A DNA stretch of 57,972 nt, from NCBI GenBank assembly GCA_903867855.1, contig CAIPTA010000173.1:1-57972 (forward strand). The letters are read 5' to 3'. The position numbers and the translations under genes are program-made. Shown here one piece after another: positions 26,495-36,411 of this stretch. The notes beneath the pieces were generated by a model. That model saw only the letters and a list, made by a program, of their open reading frames with translations. It made no database searches and was not told where the DNA came from. This DNA comes from Oligoflexia bacterium. Its GTDB lineage: Bacteria > Bdellovibrionota > UBA1018 > CAIPTA01. The first letter of the stretch is position 1; each line of letters opens with the position of its first letter.

Positions 26495-26920
26495 ATGAAA
26501 AAGTCCGTATCAAAATCATTACTTTGTTTGCTAGCCGCAGCTAGCGTGAATGGGCTTGCCGCTTGCGCAACGTTAATGGGCGAGGAAACTTCATCGCGTG
26601 GTCCGGCGAGCGAGTATGATCGCGGCTATGAACCCACAGAAAATACTACTGCCCCCGAAGAAGCTCACGGTGTTCCGCGTATGCGTCCAACGGCGAGCAA
26701 TGAAGATAGCCGCACTGAAGATGCCGTGCATGCCCGAGATGTAGTGATTGGTATGACTCGTTCCCAGGTAATGGCCAGTTGGGGTGAGCCCTATGCTCGC
26801 GATATCGCTGGAGATGGAAGTGGCGGCCATGAGCGCTGGCATTACGGATCCCGCGCATCGCTCAACGGTGAGCGCATTGTGATTTTCGAAGAAGGTCGCG
26901 TAGCTGGTTGGTACCGCTAG
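26495..26920 (+). CDS. Lipoprotein with C-terminal BamE/SmpA-like domain
   Basis: GGAGGA RBS, lipobox LAAC, and IGMTRSQV.ASWGEP....E.W.Y......V.FEEGRV. Confidence 0.75.
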   Translation: MKKSVSKSLLCLLAAASVNGLAACATLMGEETSSRGPASEYDRGYEPTENTTAPEEAHGVPRMRPTASNEDSRTEDAVHARDVVIGMTRSQVMASWGEPYARDIAGDGSGGHERWHYGSRASLNGERIVIFEEGRVAGWYR

Positions 26921-26926
26921 GAGCCC

Positions 26927-27598
26927 ATGAAAAAAATAATGGGTGTGGCGTGGAGCACAGTCTCCACGGTGATGGTTTGTGCCATCCTTTTTTTCGGTAT
27001 GATTACGCCAGCCAGAGCACCTAAAGGAGGGCGTGGCTCCCTAGGCGGAAGAACAATTGCTTCGATTCAAGAAGAAGATTTCGATAAAAAATTACTGAAC
27101 TATCAAGTTTGCTACGGCGTGAGTTTTGATGCGGGTAACGCAACTCAGGAACGAAGACGCGCCTGCAAAGCGATGCTGGTGCACAAACTGGAAGGGGCTT
27201 TCGCGAAGCAGGGCACATTCATTAGTGTTCCTGTTTTGTTCCGCTGCGAAAATACGGCGATGGGCGCTGAGCAATGGCAAGATTGGCAGGATCATCCCGT
27301 GGTGGCCTTGCATCCTAATCACGAATTTTTGGCTATCGATGCCTTATTGGCTAAGTATGCAGATTCAGTGAAAGCGGATGCCGATCGGGAGCAATATGCT
27401 CGGGAAACCTGCCATTTCTTAAGCGAGTGCAAAGACGCGTTGCGTTTCGATCATTTTTCTTTCCGAAGGGTGAGTTCCTGCCTCTTCGACCAGAGCGCGG
27501 AGCGTCGAACCTATATGCTCGATACGGTGGGAAATATGCTCTTTCGATCCCGCTTTTCCCACGAACGTCTTCTTTTCGCAGAAATCCTCCGCAACTAG
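26927..27598 (+). CDS. Hypothetical exported/membrane-anchored protein
   Basis: N-terminal hydrophobic segment, an RTIAS motif and several Cys. GGAG RBS. Confidence 0.6.
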   Translation: MKKIMGVAWSTVSTVMVCAILFFGMITPARAPKGGRGSLGGRTIASIQEEDFDKKLLNYQVCYGVSFDAGNATQERRRACKAMLVHKLEGAFAKQGTFISVPVLFRCENTAMGAEQWQDWQDHPVVALHPNHEFLAIDALLAKYADSVKADADREQYARETCHFLSECKDALRFDHFSFRRVSSCLFDQSAERRTYMLDTVGNMLFRSRFSHERLLFAEILRN

Positions 27599-27632
27599 AC
27601 GGCCTCGCCGCGTCCTGGTAAGGTTGGGGGCT

Positions 27633-28607
27633 ATGGAAGCCTACTATGAATTCGAACGCCCTATCTCCGGGCTCGAGAAAAAGATCACTGATCTCAAGGA
27701 GATGTCTATTCAAGAGAAGATGGATTTCTCTGGAGAAATCCGTGCGCTCGAACAAAAACTAAAAAAACTGATCGAGGAAGTGTATGCCGGATTAACTCCC
27801 TGGCAGCGTGTACAGCTTTCTCGTCATCCGCAGCGTCCTTACGCCGAAGATTATATTTCTCTTCTCTTCACGGATTTTCAAGAATTGCATGGCGATCGCA
27901 AATTTCGGGATGACCCTGCGATCATCGCCGGGCTTGCTCGTCTTGATGGCCAAGCCGTGATGGTGATTGGTCAGCAAAAGGGCCGCGGCACCAAAGAAAA
28001 AATGAAACGCAATTTCGGCATGGTGAAACCAGATGGCTATCGCAAAGCAATTCGCCTAATGGAAATGGCCGCGCGATTTCAGTTGCCCGTGATTACGCTC
28101 GTGGATACGCCGGGAGCCTTTCCTGGAATCGATGCGGAAGAACGCGGACAAAGCGAAGCTATCGCGGATAGCATCATGCGCATGTTTGGTTTAGAAGTGC
28201 CTGTGATCGCTGTGGTGATTGGCGAAGGCGGCTCTGGTGGAGCGCTCGCTGTGGCCGTTGCAGACCGTGTGCTGATGCAGGAATTTTCTACTTACTCTGT
28301 GATTTCTCCAGAGAGCTGCGCTTCCATTTTATGGAGCGATAGCGCGATGGCGGAACAAGCAGCGAAAGTGCTGAAGCTCAGCGCTCCAGAAGTGAAGGGT
28401 CTTGGCGTGATTGATGATATCGTGCAGGAGCCGCAAGGCGGAGCCCATCGCAATCACCAAGAAGCGGCAACGCTCTTGGGCAAAAGCCTTTCGAAGCACT
28501 TGCAAGAGCTGATGAAGGATGATGGCGCGAGCTTAGCGAAAAAGCGTGTGGCGAAATTCCGTAAAATTGGCACCCAATATATTATTAATTCCCCCATAGA
28601 AAGCTGA
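27633..28607 (+). CDS. accA: Acetyl-CoA carboxylase carboxyltransferase alpha subunit
   Basis: WQRVQLSRHPQRP, ELHGDR.F.DD.A, NFGM..P.GYRKA, DTPGAFPG..AEERGQ, GEGGSGGAL. Confidence 0.97.
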   Translation: MEAYYEFERPISGLEKKITDLKEMSIQEKMDFSGEIRALEQKLKKLIEEVYAGLTPWQRVQLSRHPQRPYAEDYISLLFTDFQELHGDRKFRDDPAIIAGLARLDGQAVMVIGQQKGRGTKEKMKRNFGMVKPDGYRKAIRLMEMAARFQLPVITLVDTPGAFPGIDAEERGQSEAIADSIMRMFGLEVPVIAVVIGEGGSGGALAVAVADRVLMQEFSTYSVISPESCASILWSDSAMAEQAAKVLKLSAPEVKGLGVIDDIVQEPQGGAHRNHQEAATLLGKSLSKHLQELMKDDGASLAKKRVAKFRKIGTQYIINSPIES

Positions 28608-28615
28608 GGCGAGAT

Positions 28616-29509
28616 TTGTCCCTGCGGTCGATGACGGGTTTTGGACGAGGCGAAGCCAGCTCGGCAGATTGCCGATGCGTTGTAGATTTGCGTGCGGTGA
28701 ATGCTCGCTTTCTCGATGTGCGCTTTAAGTTGCCTCGTCAACTCCACGCGTTTGAATCGAAAGCCCGTGAGCAAATCGCAGCCTCGATTTCGCGTGGCAC
28801 AGTGGAGCTCACTGTGAATCTTCAGTTCTTGAAGCCAAGTTTGCAGGGCATGATCAAGGAAGATGTGGCGAAGGCCTATGCTCAGCAAATTGAAAATCTT
28901 TCGCAAAGCTTAGGCATTAATTCTGGCCTCACCACAACAGCACTGCTCGAATTGCCTGGCGTAGTGAGCGATGAAGAGGCAGCCGCGCGGGTAGACGTAG
29001 AAAGCCTAGAGAAATTATTTTTGGATGCTCTGGGTGCGGCGGTTAAAGCCGCGATCGCGATGCGTAGTTCCGAAGGAGCAAAACTTGGTGAAGCAATCCA
29101 GCGCGAAATGCTGGAGATGAGTTCGCTCTTAAAAGAAGTGGAAAAAGAGCGCGGACAAATTCGGGATCGGCAAATGAGCCGTCTGCAGGAGCGCCTTCAA
29201 AGTTTTGAGAAAAAACAAAATCTGAAATTAGATGATGCGCGAGTGCTACAGGAATTGGTTTTCTATGTAGACCGGAGTGATGTCACGGAAGAGATCGATC
29301 GTTTGCGCAGCCATTTTGGGCAAACCGCAGATCTGATAAAATCGCCTAAGGGGGCAGTGGGTAAGCGCCTTGATTTCTTGGTGCAGGAAATGTCTCGCGA
29401 GACAAATACGATTGGCGCAAAATCCGATTTGATCGAAGTAACAAAGCTTGGGATGGACATGAAAACCTGCTTAGAGCGAGTGAGAGAGCAGGTTCAAAAC
29501 TTAGAATGA
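28616..29509 (+). CDS. yicC: YicC/YloC family endoribonuclease
   Basis: SMTGFGR, VNARFLD, DVTEEIDRL.SH, GKRLDFLVQEM.RE.NTIGAK. Confidence 0.93.
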   Translation: MSLRSMTGFGRGEASSADCRCVVDLRAVNARFLDVRFKLPRQLHAFESKAREQIAASISRGTVELTVNLQFLKPSLQGMIKEDVAKAYAQQIENLSQSLGINSGLTTTALLELPGVVSDEEAAARVDVESLEKLFLDALGAAVKAAIAMRSSEGAKLGEAIQREMLEMSSLLKEVEKERGQIRDRQMSRLQERLQSFEKKQNLKLDDARVLQELVFYVDRSDVTEEIDRLRSHFGQTADLIKSPKGAVGKRLDFLVQEMSRETNTIGAKSDLIEVTKLGMDMKTCLERVREQVQNLE

Positions 29510-30081
29510 GTGCTTGGAAGAAAAAGTTTGTGGCTTTGGCGGCGCCGAGCGGTGGTGGTAAAACCACGCTTTGCCGAATGCTGCTAGAGAAATATCCCGC
29601 CTTCGCACTTTCGATTTCCTTTACCACTCGCGCTCCTCGAGGCGCTGAGAAAAATGGCGTGGAATATAATTTTGTAACTCGTGAGCATTTTGAAGAACTG
29701 ATTCACAAGGGTGATTTACTAGAATGGGCGAAGGTTTACGATAATTACTACGGCACCAGCAAAGCTTTTATCGAATCACAGACGAAGCAGGGAAAAATCG
29801 TGCTTCTCGATGTGGATGTGCAAGGTGTGGACAGTTTGAAGAAGGCCTTCGGTAAGGATGCTCTCAGTGTATTTGTGCTACCCCCAAGCCTAGAAGAATT
29901 AGAGCAACGTTTGCGCGCTCGTAGTACCGAAACAGAAGAGAAAATTCAAAAGCGTCTCGCTGCTGCGAAGGCAGAACTTTCGCGAGCCAAAGATTTCGAT
30001 CATCAGATTGTGAATCATAAATTGGAAGAAAGCTTTGCAGAGCTTTGTGCGATCCTAGAGAAAGAAGTGGGCCTATGCTAG
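29506..30081 (+). CDS. gmk: Guanylate kinase
   Basis: APSGGGKTT, SFTTRAPRGAE.NGVEY.F, EWAKV..NYYGT, LDVDVQG, PPSLEELEQRL. Confidence 0.96.
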   Translation: MSAWKKKFVALAAPSGGGKTTLCRMLLEKYPAFALSISFTTRAPRGAEKNGVEYNFVTREHFEELIHKGDLLEWAKVYDNYYGTSKAFIESQTKQGKIVLLDVDVQGVDSLKKAFGKDALSVFVLPPSLEELEQRLRARSTETEEKIQKRLAAAKAELSRAKDFDHQIVNHKLEESFAELCAILEKEVGLC

Positions 30082-32285
30082 CGGATCCTGCTTTAAAAGA
30101 AGCCTTTCAATCACTTGAAACTAAGCTGATGGAATACTATCCCGATATCGATATGGCCTTGATTCGTAAGGCCGTGGATTTCGCAAGTAGTGCTCATGGA
30201 GATCAGCGTCGATCAAGCGGTGAGCCCTATATTGTGCATCCCATTGGCGTGGCTACCATTCTCGCCGAACTCCACATGGATAAGGATTCCATCATTACTG
30301 CCATTCTTCACGATACAGTGGAAGATACGCATGCTTCGCTGGAAGACATTGCCAAAGTATTTGGTGATTCAGTTTCCGAGCTCGTGGATGGTGTGACCAA
30401 AATTTCACGAATTACTTTCCGCACGAGTGAAGAGAAGCAGGCGGAGAACTTTCGCAAAATGGTGGTGGCGATGGCCAAGGATTTGCGAGTAATACTCGTG
30501 AAACTCGCTGATCGCACTCACAATATGCGCACCCTGGATTATTTGCCTGAAAAGAAGCGCCGCTTGATTGCGCAAGAAACTTTAGATATCTACGCGCCAC
30601 TTGCCGCTAGGTTAGGTATTCATTGGATCAAAGCCGAACTGGAAGACCTTTGTCTTCGTCACTTGAAGCCTGAAATTTATTATAAACTCGCGCAACTCAT
30701 TGCGAAGAAAAAGAGTGAACGCGAAAAGTATATCGATGAAGTGATCAAGAACATCGAAGAGAATTTAAAAGAGTATAGCATCAAGGGATCTGTTACTGGT
30801 CGCCCGAAGCATTTCTATTCCATCTACAAAAAGATGGAATCCAGGAATATGAATATTGAGGATATCCACGATATCGTGGCCTTCCGAATTCTCCTCGATA
30901 ATATCACAGAATGCTATAAGGCGCTCGGTGTGATCCACGCGGTGTATAAGCCCGTGCCTGGCCGCTTTAAGGATTATGTGGCGATGCCTAAGCCAAATAA
31001 CTATCAGTCGCTACATACCACAGTGATTGGTCCTACTGGTGAGCGCATGGAGATCCAGATCCGCACCCAAGAGATGCAGCAGATCGCGCAAAGCGGGATT
31101 GCAGCGCACTGGAAATATAAAGAAGGCCGGGCAGACGGTGCCAACCAAAATAAAATGGAGTGGCTATCGCGCCTGCTCGATTCGCAGAAGAATTTAAAAG
31201 ATCCCACGGAATTTTTGGAGAGTGTGAAACTCGATCTCTATCCAGGAGATGTGTTTGTGTTTACTCCAAAGGGATTGGTGAAAGAATTTCCGCATGGATC
31301 AACTCCCCTTGATTTCGCCTATGCCGTACACACCGATGTGGGCCATCGCTGTGTAGGAGCCAAAATCAATGGTAAGATCGTGCCGCTGCGCTATCGCCTG
31401 CGCAGTGGGGATGTGGTGGAAATTTTAACGTCTACCACGCAGAACCCCAGCAAGGATTGGTTGAAACTCGTGAAAACGAGCAGAGCGATTTCTAAGATTC
31501 GCGCCTTCCTAAAACAAATTGAACGCACCAAAGCGAGAGAGCTGGGCGAAGAAGTGTTGGAGCGAGACTTCCGCCGTTTCCGCACAAATCTTGAGAAAGC
31601 CACCAAGACCACGGAGATGGCTCATGTGATTAAAGATCTTGGCTATAAAAGCCTCGATGATCTCCTCGTGGCGCTTGGCTACGGTAAGCTCACCTCAAGA
31701 GACGTGAGCCGGAAGCTTTTCCCACCTGAAGTGATCGATTCTCCGAGTGAAGAAGCCCAAAAAGAAAAAGGTATTTTTCAAAAAATTATTTCTACTGCAC
31801 TTCGCAAGAGCGATGCACGCAATGTGGTGATGGTGAGTGGGATGGGCGATGTGCTTATTCGCTTTGCTAAATGCTGCCACCCCATTCCTGGTGATCCGAT
31901 TGTGGGTTTCGTAACTCGTGGTCGCGGTGTGACTGTGCATAATACGAGCTGCAAGAAGGCCTTGGATTCTGACAATGATCGTCGCATCGAAGTGGAGTGG
32001 ACGAAGGTTACCAAAGCCGATAAAGAGGGTAAGCCTCTTGGACCGAAGCGCAGCGTGAAGGTAAAAGTATTCTGTAATGATACACCTGGTATGCTCGCTT
32101 CCATGACTCAAACAATTTCGGGCCAGGGCGTGAATATTTCTCAGGCCACTGTGCGCACCATGAAAGATAAAAAAGCCGTTTGTGTTTTTGAGATTCTAGT
32201 GACTGGTGTGGACCAGCTCAATAAAGTGATTTCTTCTTTAGAATCGAAAGAGGGGATTTTAAACGTTGAGCGACAAAAGAGTTAA
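30075..32285 (+). CDS. relA/spoT: Bifunctional (p)ppGpp synthetase/hydrolase Rel (HD, SYNTH, TGS, ACT)
   Basis: HGDQRRSSGEPYI.HP, LHDTVED, KLADR.HNMRTL, KPNNYQSLHT, EIQIRT, HWKYK, TGS (FTPKG) and ACT. Confidence 0.97.
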   Translation: MLADPALKEAFQSLETKLMEYYPDIDMALIRKAVDFASSAHGDQRRSSGEPYIVHPIGVATILAELHMDKDSIITAILHDTVEDTHASLEDIAKVFGDSVSELVDGVTKISRITFRTSEEKQAENFRKMVVAMAKDLRVILVKLADRTHNMRTLDYLPEKKRRLIAQETLDIYAPLAARLGIHWIKAELEDLCLRHLKPEIYYKLAQLIAKKKSEREKYIDEVIKNIEENLKEYSIKGSVTGRPKHFYSIYKKMESRNMNIEDIHDIVAFRILLDNITECYKALGVIHAVYKPVPGRFKDYVAMPKPNNYQSLHTTVIGPTGERMEIQIRTQEMQQIAQSGIAAHWKYKEGRADGANQNKMEWLSRLLDSQKNLKDPTEFLESVKLDLYPGDVFVFTPKGLVKEFPHGSTPLDFAYAVHTDVGHRCVGAKINGKIVPLRYRLRSGDVVEILTSTTQNPSKDWLKLVKTSRAISKIRAFLKQIERTKARELGEEVLERDFRRFRTNLEKATKTTEMAHVIKDLGYKSLDDLLVALGYGKLTSRDVSRKLFPPEVIDSPSEEAQKEKGIFQKIISTALRKSDARNVVMVSGMGDVLIRFAKCCHPIPGDPIVGFVTRGRGVTVHNTSCKKALDSDNDRRIEVEWTKVTKADKEGKPLGPKRSVKVKVFCNDTPGMLASMTQTISGQGVNISQATVRTMKDKKAVCVFEILVTGVDQLNKVISSLESKEGILNVERQKS

Positions 32286-32296
32286 TTCGTCACCGA

Positions 32297-32935
32297 TTAA
32301 AAGTAGCTCAAATTCGGAATCAGAATTTTTGCGAGTAAAAATTTACTATATTCCACCACGGTAACCTCAATTCCTAAGAAACTCTGCCACCAGTTGGCAG
32401 CATCGATGGGTTCCTTCGGCGGACTATAGGGCACCACGTGCACTTCTTTTCTCAGTAAACTTTGCAGAATTAATAGAGAACGCCGCATGTGGTAGCTGGA
32501 AGTGATGAGCACCACATCATGCACCTGCGGATTTTGTCGCAAGAAATTTTCTACTGCATAGGCATTTTCAATCGTATTGCGGGAATCTTTTTCGAGTAGC
32601 ACTTTTTGCATTCGCGCTACCGAGATTTTCGGCGCATCGGGGGCGGCAAGAATGTTTTTCAGAATTGTTTGTACGTTCGTGTGTGGGCCCGCACCCACAA
32701 TGAAAAGCTCCGACCCAACGCCTCCGGAAAATAAATCTAAAGCGGCATGAACGCGACCGCGTCCTCCTGCGAGACATACAATCAATGAATCTTTGGGAAT
32801 CTGATCCATTGCGGGGGAGGGTGGATAGTCGTAGAGAAAAGTGCCGAGCAGACGAATGCTGCCCGCAAAACTTAAGAGCAGCAAAAACAAAACCCCAATC
32901 CAACGTAATTTACGCAAATTGGGGCTCCAGTGCAT
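32297..32935 (-). CDS. YdcF/ElyC (DUF218) family protein
   Basis: CLAGGRGRV, SRNTIENA, LITSSYHMRRS. Confidence 0.88.
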   Translation of the reverse strand: MHWSPNLRKLRWIGVLFLLLLSFAGSIRLLGTFLYDYPPSPAMDQIPKDSLIVCLAGGRGRVHAALDLFSGGVGSELFIVGAGPHTNVQTILKNILAAPDAPKISVARMQKVLLEKDSRNTIENAYAVENFLRQNPQVHDVVLITSSYHMRRSLLILQSLLRKEVHVVPYSPPKEPIDAANWWQSFLGIEVTVVEYSKFLLAKILIPNLSYF

Positions 32936-33234
32936 TAGGCTGCTTCAGAATGATCGAGACTGGTTTGCCAAAGCTCATAGAGAGTTTTGCCAGTGGTAGT
33001 GGTGCGTAGCCAGCGAGAAGCGTGATCTGGTGGTTCTTGACCGAGGAATTTCTGTGCCATCGCGTGAACCGTGAAAATCTCGTTTTTGTATTCAACTTTG
33101 TACTCATGATCCGGCATCTTTTTTACCGTACAAGTAAACTTTGGGTCACTCAAGAAAGCAAGGGTTTCGCCTTCTTTCACAAAACCATCGCGAACCATGT
33201 GAGTAAGATCAAATTTGTTTTTCTTTTTAGACAT
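32935..33234 (-). CDS. Small protein resembling a stand-alone RAMA domain
   Basis: L..MV.DG....GE.L......V.....V.Y....F...A.A.......A..W.......TL..LW matches my recollection of the RAMA pattern. Confidence 0.5.
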   Translation of the reverse strand: MSKKKNKFDLTHMVRDGFVKEGETLAFLSDPKFTCTVKKMPDHEYKVEYKNEIFTVHAMAQKFLGQEPPDHASRWLRTTTTGKTLYELWQTSLDHSEAA

Positions 33235-33265
33235 TCGAGTAGCCTCCCTTTTCTTCTATACAAAA

Positions 33266-33293
33266 CTAACGGCATATTCCCGCTAGTGCTTGA
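33266..33293 (-). promoter_or_regulatory. Possible sigma28-type promoter
   Basis: TCAAGCAC-N12-GCCGTTAG on the minus strand, upstream of the ATG at 33234. Confidence 0.4.
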
Positions 33294-33316
33294 GTCGAAA
33301 AGAGCTACTCGCCGTG

Positions 33317-34231
33317 TCAGTTATTGAGAGGGTTCTCGTTATACGCTGTGGGCACAGCCATGCCCATAGCGTGCATGCCCTTATCCACGTAAATGGTGGA
33401 TCCAGTGATACCTTTGCCTAAATCAGAGCACAAGAATGCTGCGGTATTCGCCACTTCTTCTGCCTGTAGCGTGTCGGTGAGGGGAGCATTTTGCTCACAA
33501 TACTGAATCATGGTTTGAATCATTCCGATTGCTTTTGCGGCACGAGATGCAAGTGGACCTGCACTGATCACGTTCACACGGTGGGCGTGGCGACGGCCGG
33601 CCTCAAATGCAAGCACGCGCACATCGCTTTCTAGGGCAGCTTTCGCCGAACTCATTCCGCCGCCGTAGCCTGGAATTACTTTTTCTGCTGCGAGATAAGA
33701 AAGCGCGCAGAAGCTGCCGCCTTTTTCCATGATGGGAGAGAGGTGGCGAACCATGCTCACGAAAGAATAGGCGCTCGCCGAATTGGCAGCGAGATAGCCA
33801 GAACGAGACGTATCCATCAAAGGCTTCTGCACTTCGGGGCCATTCGCTAGCGAGTGCACAACGATGCTTAGTTGATTCAAGCCGAAGTCGCGCTCGATGC
33901 AATCACGCAAGCCGCGAATCGAGAAATCGCCGAGATCTTGGTAGCGTTTGTTAGCGCGAACATCGTCAGGCACATCATCCAAGGAATCGTACATGGCATC
34001 CATGGGATAGATTTTTTCGAAAGTGAGTTCGCCGTAGCCTTCACCGAGTGAGGTATCGAGCTTTCCGCGCTCGAGCGACATGCGAAGAATATTGAGGGCT
34101 GGTGGCCATGTGGTGATGATCACCTTTGCGCCTGCTTTTTTCAGCGATTTTGCAATGGACCAACCAAAACCTTGGTCATCGGCCACGCCGGCTACGAGTG
34201 CTAGTTTTCCTCTAAGATCTAGATTGAGCAT
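33317..34231 (-). CDS. fabI: Enoyl-ACP reductase, plastid/chlamydial-type
   Basis: AGVADDQGFGW.IAK, WPPALNI, VHSLANGPEV.KPL..TSR.GYLAA.SASAYS, YGGGMSSAKAALESD, ISAGPL.SRAAKAIG. Confidence 0.93.
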   Translation of the reverse strand: MLNLDLRGKLALVAGVADDQGFGWSIAKSLKKAGAKVIITTWPPALNILRMSLERGKLDTSLGEGYGELTFEKIYPMDAMYDSLDDVPDDVRANKRYQDLGDFSIRGLRDCIERDFGLNQLSIVVHSLANGPEVQKPLMDTSRSGYLAANSASAYSFVSMVRHLSPIMEKGGSFCALSYLAAEKVIPGYGGGMSSAKAALESDVRVLAFEAGRRHAHRVNVISAGPLASRAAKAIGMIQTMIQYCEQNAPLTDTLQAEEVANTAAFLCSDLGKGITGSTIYVDKGMHAMGMAVPTAYNENPLNN

Positions 34232-34314
34232 ATATCCTCCGCTTTGCTTGAGGATACTTTGCTCGATCTCTTAGCGGCTGGCAAGGGAAAGGCGCTTGCT
34301 GCGCCGCCATCTTT

Positions 34315-35733
34315 TTAGAGAGTGCACTGCAGAAGAGCGGCGCTCGCTTCTTGGGGGCTTTGTTGAAGGGCAGCTTTTGTGCAAGGAGTATTGATTCTTG
34401 CCTCATGCTGGCCGCGTTTGGGCGTGAGGGCGCCATACTTTGCTAGCACATTACCAAAAAGATCTTCTTCCCTCAGCTCGCTGCCTTTTTCTTTGAGCGC
34501 ATAGTTAGGCTCAACGCCAAGTTTTTGAAGAGGATCCCCTGAAGCACGAAAGATGCGATGAGTGCTTTTGTAGATGGGTAGGTTTCCACGAATGAGGCTC
34601 TGCATGGTGCCTTTACCGAAGGTTCTTATTCCAATCACTTTGGCTCGATTTTGATCCTGTAGGGATGCTGCCACAATTTCCGCAGCACTAGCTGTATTTT
34701 CATTTACAAGCACGAGCATGGGGAGATGGCTCACTTGCTCACTCATTGTGGAAACTTGAAAGGCTTCTTGAGAATTTTTCAGCGCCTCAAATTTCGCCAT
34801 CACAATATTGGGCCCCATAAAAAGCCCGCCCACACAAATCGCTTCACGTACAAGGCCGCCAGGATTATTGCGAAGGTCTAATACAATTCCTTTCACTTCT
34901 TGTTTTTCAAGCTTCCGCAAGCTTCTTGCAATGGCTTGGCAAGTATCCTCGCGAAAGAAATTTCTAACTTGGATGAGCGCGACATTATTTACTCTTCGCT
35001 CCTCAATAGTAGAGAAACGGAGATGTTCGGCGGGAACGCTTAGCCACTTTCTCTGGTTGCCACTCAGCACCAAGAGTTGCAAGTTTCCTGAATGTAGGGT
35101 GGCTTCACGAAAAAGCTCATGGCGCTGTTGATTGGAGATTTGTTGTGCAGGAATTCCGTTAATTTCTAGAAGGGTATCGCCCTCTTTCAATCCAGCACGA
35201 GCGGCGGATGAATTAGGTAAAACTTCCAGCACATGTAATTGATCTTCATGACGTCGTAAAAAGGCTCCTACACCCCAGAGATCTTGCTTTGATTCTTGAG
35301 CAATGTGCGCATGAGGATCAGTGGCACTGAGTGCTGCATCCAAAGCCTCTTGGGTAGTGAGATTATCTAACGCAGTGGTGGCGGAGATATTCTCGGCAAG
35401 TTGATGAAAGTGACTGCTGTGCCTTTCTTCGGGGCTCAGCGAAGCTACTGCATGCTCAAGTTTTTCCTCTTCGCGATCTAGTTGGATACCCTCGGCCAAG
35501 CCGAACTCTCCCGAACGAAAGCGAATTTGCTGAGCTGATTTTGCATTATCCAATATTATGCGCAGTGCTCTCAGGCAGGCGATGGATTTGCTCGCGGAGT
35601 CTTCACAGTGCCCCAGCGTTTGTTTGAGGGCTTCGCTAGCGGAGTCTCCGTTTTGTTCGGCAAAGGAAATCCCGCCACTCAAAAGTAGAAAAAGTAGAAG
35701 CGACCAAGCTAGCTCTCGGCGTGTAGCGCGCAT
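34315..35733 (-). CDS. S41A C-terminal processing peptidase (PDZ)
   Basis: GVGAFL (PDZ), GLKEGD, LDLRNNPGGL, TASAAEI (Ser), RTFGKG (Lys). Confidence 0.88.
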   Translation of the reverse strand: MRATRRELAWSLLLFLLLSGGISFAEQNGDSASEALKQTLGHCEDSASKSIACLRALRIILDNAKSAQQIRFRSGEFGLAEGIQLDREEEKLEHAVASLSPEERHSSHFHQLAENISATTALDNLTTQEALDAALSATDPHAHIAQESKQDLWGVGAFLRRHEDQLHVLEVLPNSSAARAGLKEGDTLLEINGIPAQQISNQQRHELFREATLHSGNLQLLVLSGNQRKWLSVPAEHLRFSTIEERRVNNVALIQVRNFFREDTCQAIARSLRKLEKQEVKGIVLDLRNNPGGLVREAICVGGLFMGPNIVMAKFEALKNSQEAFQVSTMSEQVSHLPMLVLVNENTASAAEIVAASLQDQNRAKVIGIRTFGKGTMQSLIRGNLPIYKSTHRIFRASGDPLQKLGVEPNYALKEKGSELREEDLFGNVLAKYGALTPKRGQHEARINTPCTKAALQQSPQEASAALLQCTL

Positions 35734-35813
35734 AGGGCGGCATAATACCACCAATGCAGCGGGGTGGCAATGGATGACCAAATTAGTTTAATCGTTTAAT
35801 TTCAAATGGTTGG

Positions 35814-36401
35814 CTACTTTTTGTGGGCCAAAATCTCCACCTGGATGGCAAAAGTATCAGAGATCACCTTATCGCCCACATCGGCGAAGAATTTGCTCGA
35901 ACGAAACTTGATATCCCAGAGGGTGCGATCTACTTCCACTTTACCCTTGGCCACAAGCTGGTCGGCGGTGATTTTGGTCTCGATCGGAAAGCTCACGCTA
36001 TGGGTGATTTTTTTGATGGTGAGATCACCGGTGACTGAGTACGAGCCGTTTTTGAGGGCGTCCACTTTTGTGATTTTAAAATAGGAAATTGGATTTTTTT
36101 CTACAGAGAAAAAATCATCGGATTTTAAATGATTGATCAGCTTTTCATTATAGCTCTTATCCGTAAGATCAGTATCTTGGATCGTGGTCATGTCGATCGC
36201 GAAATCTCCTCCCACTAGTTTTCCTTTAGAGAATTTGAATTCACCCGATTTAAGCTGCAAGGTGCCTTGATGAGAACCAGCGAGCTTCTTGCCCTCCCAT
36301 TCCAACTTTGATTTGGCAGGCTCGCCAATCCAGGTTTCCGTATTTGCGTGGGCTAAGCTAGGAGTCGCTAGGAGGAGTATTGAGAGCATTAAATTTTTCA
36401 T
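35814..36401 (-). CDS. YceI family protein
   Basis: Signal peptide, S.LEW.G.K...H.G, HLKSDDFF.VE..P, TGDLTIK.IT, VDRT.WDI. Confidence 0.92.
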   Translation of the reverse strand: MKNLMLSILLLATPSLAHANTETWIGEPAKSKLEWEGKKLAGSHQGTLQLKSGEFKFSKGKLVGGDFAIDMTTIQDTDLTDKSYNEKLINHLKSDDFFSVEKNPISYFKITKVDALKNGSYSVTGDLTIKKITHSVSFPIETKITADQLVAKGKVEVDRTLWDIKFRSSKFFADVGDKVISDTFAIQVEILAHKK

Positions 36402-36411
36402 CGTATGCCTT

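Noticed and set aside
34234-34255. Hairpin ATCCTC/GAGGAT sequestering the fabI RBS
   Set aside because: Only a 6-bp stem, which is expected by chance, with no recognisable riboswitch scaffold.
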